Virus record (IMG/VR): IMGVR_UViG_3300035128_000056
Span: 1 to 64,000 of that record
Source of the DNA: a virus
Length of the DNA: 64,000 nt
Strand: one strand, 5' to 3'
The position numbers and the translations under genes were made by a program. Under the pieces are notes generated by a model. That model did not search any database and was not told the DNA's origin. It saw only the letters and a list, made by a program, of their open reading frames with translations. Each line of letters begins with the position of its first letter. Positions within the stretch are counted from its first letter, which is position 1. Shown one piece after another: positions 60,032-64,000 of this stretch.

Positions 60032-61542
60032 CTAGCAGCCTCCTCGGGCTCAACCAAACCCCTCAGCTCAGCAAGTAGCAGCCCTCGCCGCTCGTCTAGT
60101 TCCTGTATCCGCTTCTCGAGCGCCACAAACTCGCGCGCTACCTGCTCGATACGGAGGCCATTGGTGGGCCTGCGGTCGGAGCCACAGACGTGCTGTGGTG
60201 GCGATTCTGCCGTCGGGGGGCGTTCCGTGTCAGAAGTGGAACTTTCGCCAGTTTCGTCGGCATTTTCTGCGGGGGCGAAGTGGGGACAAAGAATCCTTTC
60301 CTCTCCTCCTGCTACGCGCATGACGGCAGTCGTGTCACGACAGGCACCAATGCCGTAGGCACTGCAGAATCCCATGCGCCTGTTGCGCTCATGCGGCCTG
60401 AACCGGGCGCAGTCGCCGCAAGTCGGCCCCACTCTCCGGCTCTCGCAATCTTCGACCTGCTCGCGCCCCTTTGGCTCGTCGAGTTCATCCCAGTCGGCGT
60501 TGCCGTCAGGGATGTCGTTTTCCTCCGCTCCGCAATCGCACTGGCCGTCCTTGAAATTCGAGTCGCAGGTCGGGCTGTGGATTTCCGGTTCCTCATCCTC
60601 GGTCTCCTCCCACGCACTGGCGGCATGCTCTGCCCGCAGTACTGCGAGGTCTGGACACTCGCCTGGTATCTCCTCGAAGTCCTGCTCCGCCTCATCCGCG
60701 ATCGCGTCGAGCTCGGCGTCGGTTGGTTCGGATCGCTCTGCGAGCAGTTCCGTGTGGCATCGATGTGACTCGTGGTGTTCGCGCTCCGCGCTATGCAGTA
60801 GACACCAACCAACCTCGTGGCCATCGCTTCCGCACATGCGTGATTCCCAGTGCATGCAGTGCCGACACTTCGGTTGGAACTCGGCACGAAGGCCCACGAC
60901 CCCGCTACCGGCCGCTGACTCCGTCATACCGGTAGCGGGTTCTGAACCAGACCTCTCAGCGGAGAGCGTGGTCACCGCCAGGTCTTCCCCGGGCTTACGT
61001 GCAACCGTCTGGTCCGTGGCCGTCGTGGCGGCCGAAGTCTGTTCACGCTCCTGGCGTGCAACCTTTTCACGTGCGGTCCTAACGATCTCGTCGTGCACCG
61101 CGACGATTGATGCGTCAGGTGTGGCCGAAGTCTTACGATGCTCTTCTAGCATCTCGTCAACCACTTGCTCATCCTCCGCGTTGGTTGGCAGGATCGGAAC
61201 GGTGATTGGCTGGCCCTTTTCACGCTTCTCACGTGCAGCCCTGACGAGTGCGTTGACCGAGTCGGTGCAGGCTTCGCACTCGTCAGGGCAGTTGTAGTGT
61301 TCAGGCGTAGAGGTCGTGTGGTCATGCACCCGCGTCCGCTCCTCGTTCGTCAGCCTGAACGACCCAAACGGAGTGGCGTGGACGCGCTTCTCGTCGCACA
61401 ACGCCATCAGCCTGACCCGCACCTTCGCGACAGACTCCCCAACAGCGTCAGCAAGCGCAGCGAGTTCGAGGTGAGCGTGCAGGTCCAAAGCTAGCAGGAT
61501 GCGGTCGTCTAGTTCGTGTGGTTGGTACAATGCGCGTGTCAT
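60028..61542 (-). CDS. Large acidic Cys-rich protein with N-terminal winged-helix-like segment and C-terminal coiled coil
   Basis: 504 aa. ILLALDLHAHLELAALADAVGESVAKVRVRLMALCDEKRV, then several Cys clusters (CRHCMHW...C, CDSNFKDGQCDCG, CGDCARF). Confidence 0.55.
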   Translation of the reverse strand: MTRALYQPHELDDRILLALDLHAHLELAALADAVGESVAKVRVRLMALCDEKRVHATPFGSFRLTNEERTRVHDHTTSTPEHYNCPDECEACTDSVNALVRAAREKREKGQPITVPILPTNAEDEQVVDEMLEEHRKTSATPDASIVAVHDEIVRTAREKVARQEREQTSAATTATDQTVARKPGEDLAVTTLSAERSGSEPATGMTESAAGSGVVGLRAEFQPKCRHCMHWESRMCGSDGHEVGWCLLHSAEREHHESHRCHTELLAERSEPTDAELDAIADEAEQDFEEIPGECPDLAVLRAEHAASAWEETEDEEPEIHSPTCDSNFKDGQCDCGAEENDIPDGNADWDELDEPKGREQVEDCESRRVGPTCGDCARFRPHERNRRMGFCSAYGIGACRDTTAVMRVAGGEERILCPHFAPAENADETGESSTSDTERPPTAESPPQHVCGSDRRPTNGLRIEQVAREFVALEKRIQELDERRGLLLAELRGLVEPEEAAR

Positions 61543-61553
61543 TCCGATTCGTC

Positions 61554-62306
61554 CTATTTCTGTGTCGCTGCGCTGGCGACAACGGCATCGATCGCGTCTG
61601 CCGCTGCCCTCATTTCACACGCTTGCTGCTCGAGTTCGCGGAGCTTCCAATCCTTGATGCGGACGGCGTCGCGTTGTTCGCGCAGTTCGCGCACTTCCGC
61701 GCGCAACAACTTCGCATCTTTCTCGTAGTGCTCCAGCAGGCGGATGCGGGACTCTGCCTGTGCCAGCTTCGTCGTCAGCTCGTCGAGCTCTCCGAGCTCC
61801 TTGCGGGCCTGCTGCCAGGACTCGTTGCGAATGGCTAGGATCTCGTCGTCTCGCAACTTGGTAGCCGATCGCAGCACAGATGCCACAAACTCGATCGACA
61901 GCGCCAGCGCATCAAGCTTCGGTGCCTGGACAGCAATCGCGATTTTGCTCTTGGCCCGCGCCTTGGCATCGTACTCGAGCAACCCCCACGTGACCGGCAA
62001 CTCGCCATCCTTCACAAGTCCCTTCGGAGCAGCGATCCACCAGTAGTCGCACCACTTTTGGATCTCAGCGCTCTTGTCAGGCTGCTCTAGCTCCTTGCGC
62101 CAGTCGGACCGTGAGACCTTGATCTCTACGCCGGCAAGCCAAAGACCACGAGATGGCCAGCACGAGCACACCAGCGCGTCTGCATAGCGCTCGGTGCGGC
62201 GATACCCGGTCCCGTTGCGCACCTCTTCCAGTACAGCATGCGATCCATTTGGGAAGTGCAGTCGCAGGGCTGCGCGGATGTCAGCGGCGGTTACCTTGGT
62301 CTTCAT
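61554..62306 (-). CDS. MmcB-like PD-(D/E)xK nuclease-fold protein with coiled-coil tail
   Basis: 250 aa. ADALVCSCWPSRGLWLAGVEIKVSRSDW fits a D...E-x-K core like MmcB-family proteins. The C-terminal third is heptad-rich. Confidence 0.45.
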   Translation of the reverse strand: MKTKVTAADIRAALRLHFPNGSHAVLEEVRNGTGYRRTERYADALVCSCWPSRGLWLAGVEIKVSRSDWRKELEQPDKSAEIQKWCDYWWIAAPKGLVKDGELPVTWGLLEYDAKARAKSKIAIAVQAPKLDALALSIEFVASVLRSATKLRDDEILAIRNESWQQARKELGELDELTTKLAQAESRIRLLEHYEKDAKLLRAEVRELREQRDAVRIKDWKLRELEQQACEMRAAADAIDAVVASAATQK

Positions 62307-62851
62307 TCTTCCTTACCCGTCCAAATCTCGACCATAGCCCCCCCTCGATTCGGCGGCGCCGGCTCGGTCCAATGCCGCAGCTCCAACATCGAAGGCCGGT
62401 CATCTCTGAGTACGTTTAGCGCCGGCACGCGCTTTCCTTTCCGCATCCGCGGCACCAACAATACATCGGTCGCCACCTTGAACCAGCAAGCAGTGACGTC
62501 CGACTCGCCAGCTGAGAACCGGATCGCGCGCAGCATCGGGCGCCCGGGGAGCGGAGCGGGCCACACCAGAATGCGAGCCTGGCGCGCCAACTGCCGCTCC
62601 ATCTCATTGAGTAGGCGCTCGCGCTCATCGTGTGCCTTCCACGTTGGTGCCTTGCGAGATCGATTCAGCGGCTGCGCCATCCCGAGCGGTAGGGCAAAGC
62701 GCAGCAGGAGTCGCCCTTTCCCTGGGTAGCGCTCAGTATGCGGCCGCTTCGGCGGTTGCGCCAAGACGGCGTCAGCGAACGCAAGGAACTCCTCTGCCTC
62801 TGCTGGAGTGAATGGCTCGACCTTCTCACGCTTCCTCATGCACCGAATCAT
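62303..62851 (-). CDS. RusA-like Holliday junction resolvase (divergent)
   Basis: 182 aa. PLNRSR, ESDVTACWFKVATDVL, VLRDDRPSMLEL and GGAMVEIW line up with RusA PSNNR, DLDNLQKAAFDAL, LDDAQVV and GGRLELTI. Only part of the acidic cluster is conserved. Confidence 0.4.
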   Translation of the reverse strand: MIRCMRKREKVEPFTPAEAEEFLAFADAVLAQPPKRPHTERYPGKGRLLLRFALPLGMAQPLNRSRKAPTWKAHDERERLLNEMERQLARQARILVWPAPLPGRPMLRAIRFSAGESDVTACWFKVATDVLLVPRMRKGKRVPALNVLRDDRPSMLELRHWTEPAPPNRGGAMVEIWTGKEE

Positions 62852-63473
62852 CCTGCATCAGCGTCACCGTCCAGTCTGTCCCGTCCGTTGTGATTGCTGT
62901 CAACTGTAACCCATCGGCAGCGGTTCTGCCCGGATGAATCGTCGTTCCGCTTGTCGGCAGCGCATCCAGAATCGCAGCCCGCTTGAGTTCGCCGAGAAGC
63001 TCAATAGGAACCCCTTTGTCATTCGTGAATCTCTTCCCGGTCTTGTCGTTGAATGCCAGCTCTTGCTGATGCTGGACAGCATCCTCGTACCACCGGGACG
63101 TCTGCCGCTCCTCGATGTATGGCTCTCCGTCGTCGTCCTTCACCCATGCTAGCCGCGTGTACTCCGTCAGGCTAGCGCCACTGAAGTGCAGTCTCACCAG
63201 GTCGTTGGCGTGCAGCTCCTTCTTAATCGCCTTCAGAATCTCCGGTGTGACCGACCACTGCTGTTCCGTTGTGGCGTCATCGGCGAACTTGAATCCGTCA
63301 TTGTCTCCGACTCCGTGGACGCAGCAGACGCCGTCGGTGGCATAGGCCTCAGCTCCGTTGTTGCTGACGCTGAAGAGCACGTTGGCGCACGTGATGCTCT
63401 TGGATGCCGTGTAGGCCAGAAGCAGCGCAAGTTCAGCGCTGCTTAGTTCGAATCCTTGGTCTGTTCCTCGCAT
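62826..63473 (-). CDS. Hypothetical protein, weak sliding-clamp-like N-terminal pattern
   Basis: Start at MRGTDQGFEL (ATG 63473, AAGGAGAGG RBS). LLLAYTASKSITCANVLFSVSNNGAEAYATDG is reminiscent of DnaN domain starts. Confidence 0.25.
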   Translation of the reverse strand: MRGTDQGFELSSAELALLLAYTASKSITCANVLFSVSNNGAEAYATDGVCCVHGVGDNDGFKFADDATTEQQWSVTPEILKAIKKELHANDLVRLHFSGASLTEYTRLAWVKDDDGEPYIEERQTSRWYEDAVQHQQELAFNDKTGKRFTNDKGVPIELLGELKRAAILDALPTSGTTIHPGRTAADGLQLTAITTDGTDWTVTLMQDDSVHEEA

Positions 63474-64000
63474 TCCTTTAACCTCTCCTTCGTAGTCTCT
63501 AACGCCTTCTCGCTGCTGTCGCACCCAGCGAAGCAGCGCTCGCTACGTAGCGCCGCCACGCCTGTCGACCCCGACCCCATGAACGGGTCGATCACCACCT
63601 CGCCGGGGCTCGAGCTCTGGGTGATGAATACCTCACAAAGCTCCACTGGCTTCTGGGTTGGGTACTTGCCTTTGACGCGCTTGAACGACAGCACGTCTGG
63701 CACGCCCAGGTCTGCCAACTTCCGATACCCCTTCTCAAAGAAAAGTATGAACTCATAGCGGGCTCGGTAGTGGTAGCCCATGCCCATCGCCTGCTTGTCC
63801 CATACAATGGGTTTCCAGAACCGGAACCCCGCCTCCTCGGCGAGCGGCTTCGCCACGAACATCGTCTCCTGGTCGCACATGACGTAGAGGTGCGAGTTGT
63901 GGACGAGCACGCGGTGGAGTTCACGGAACAAGTCGGGGAAGCGGGAGTTCGGGAAGATGTCGAACCAGTCGTTGCTCGATGCGTCGCTGTGTTTGAGTCG
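63443..64000 (-). CDS. N6/N4 DNA methyltransferase, C-terminal part (5' end beyond the window)
   Basis: The frame stays open to nt 64000. YPTQKPVELCEVFI and VIDPFMGSGSTGVAAL are typical of the N6_N4_Mtase family. The DPPY motif would lie outside the window. Confidence 0.7.
   Translation of the reverse strand, partial: RLKHSDASSNDWFDIFPNSRFPDLFRELHRVLVHNSHLYVMCDQETMFVAKPLAEEAGFRFWKPIVWDKQAMGMGYHYRARYEFILFFEKGYRKLADLGVPDVLSFKRVKGKYPTQKPVELCEVFITQSSSPGEVVIDPFMGSGSTGVAALRSERCFAGCDSSEKALETTKERLKECEEQTKDSN

Larger units (their letters stand above)
1..64000. mobile_element. Tailed-phage (prophage or free phage) genome segment with contractile-tail Mu/P2-like morphogenesis genes
   Basis: Contiguous co-oriented modules: early/replication/methylase genes, terS-terL, portal, protease-scaffold, capsid, sheath, tube, tape measure, baseplate D/V/W/J/I-like genes, fibres, lysis. 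Dense ATGA/GTGA/TGATG start-stop overlaps. No integrase, att site or MuA/MuB-like transposase seen in the window. Confidence 0.85.

Noticed and set aside
59019-60035. Long antisense or off-frame ORFs throughout (for example 59019..60035, 29850..30806, 25080..25844, 60374..61297, 41012..42052, 4691..5326, 21571..22401)
   Set aside because: These are typical shadow ORFs of GC-rich DNA. They have Arg/Pro/Ser-rich low-complexity translations and lie opposite or out of frame to genes with recognisable motifs and coupled starts.
1-64000. Transposable Mu-like phage
   Set aside because: Tail and head genes resemble Mu-type families. However, the early region has helicase, primase and a replication organizer, with no MuA/MuB-like transposase or Mu-end repeats in the window.

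Overview
This GC-rich window is essentially one contiguous tailed-phage (or prophage) genome segment. It has contractile-tail, Mu/P2-like morphogenesis genes, nearly all on the minus strand and read right to left. The layout is: an early block with replication, recombination and DNA-modification genes (about 64.0-38.0 kb: three methyltransferases, DnaB-like helicase, primase, RusA-like and MmcB-like proteins, sigma-r4-like HTH proteins, many small zinc-finger ORFs); packaging and head (38.0-28.3 kb: terS, terL, portal, protease-scaffold, decoration, capsid, connectors); tail, tape measure, baseplate and fibres (28.0-8.4 kb); islands of secreted proteins and small plus-strand genes (7.9-2.6 kb); and a lysis cassette (2.6-1.2 kb). 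Genes are tightly coupled by ATGA, GTGA or TGATG start-stop overlaps. No integrase, att site, tRNA, rRNA or Mu-type transposase was seen.

The far left end carries, on the plus strand, the C-terminal part of a TnpB/Cas12-family nuclease (RuvC-II, zinc ribbon and RuvC-III motifs visible). It is followed by a 7-repeat CRISPR-like array whose repeats end in a hairpin kept intact by compensatory mutations.

The key observation is that the leader-proximal spacer (711-746) is a perfect 36/36 reverse-complement match to 35875-35910 in this same genome. That site lies in the intergenic region just upstream of a fibre-like accessory gene inserted between terL and the portal gene, and it covers a -10-like TATTTT and the ribosome-binding site. 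This suggests RNA-guided self-regulation, or a tolerated self-targeting event, by a phage-borne type V-like system.

Other notable items are phage copies of host-machinery domains (DnaA domain IV, ClpX zinc-binding domain, CX5R phosphatase), a frameshifted ASCH gene, a proline-rich triple-repeat protein in the baseplate spike position, a slippery heptamer in the tail chaperone gene, and lipoprotein and protease morons. All functional calls come from motif recognition by eye and from gene context. No database search was run.
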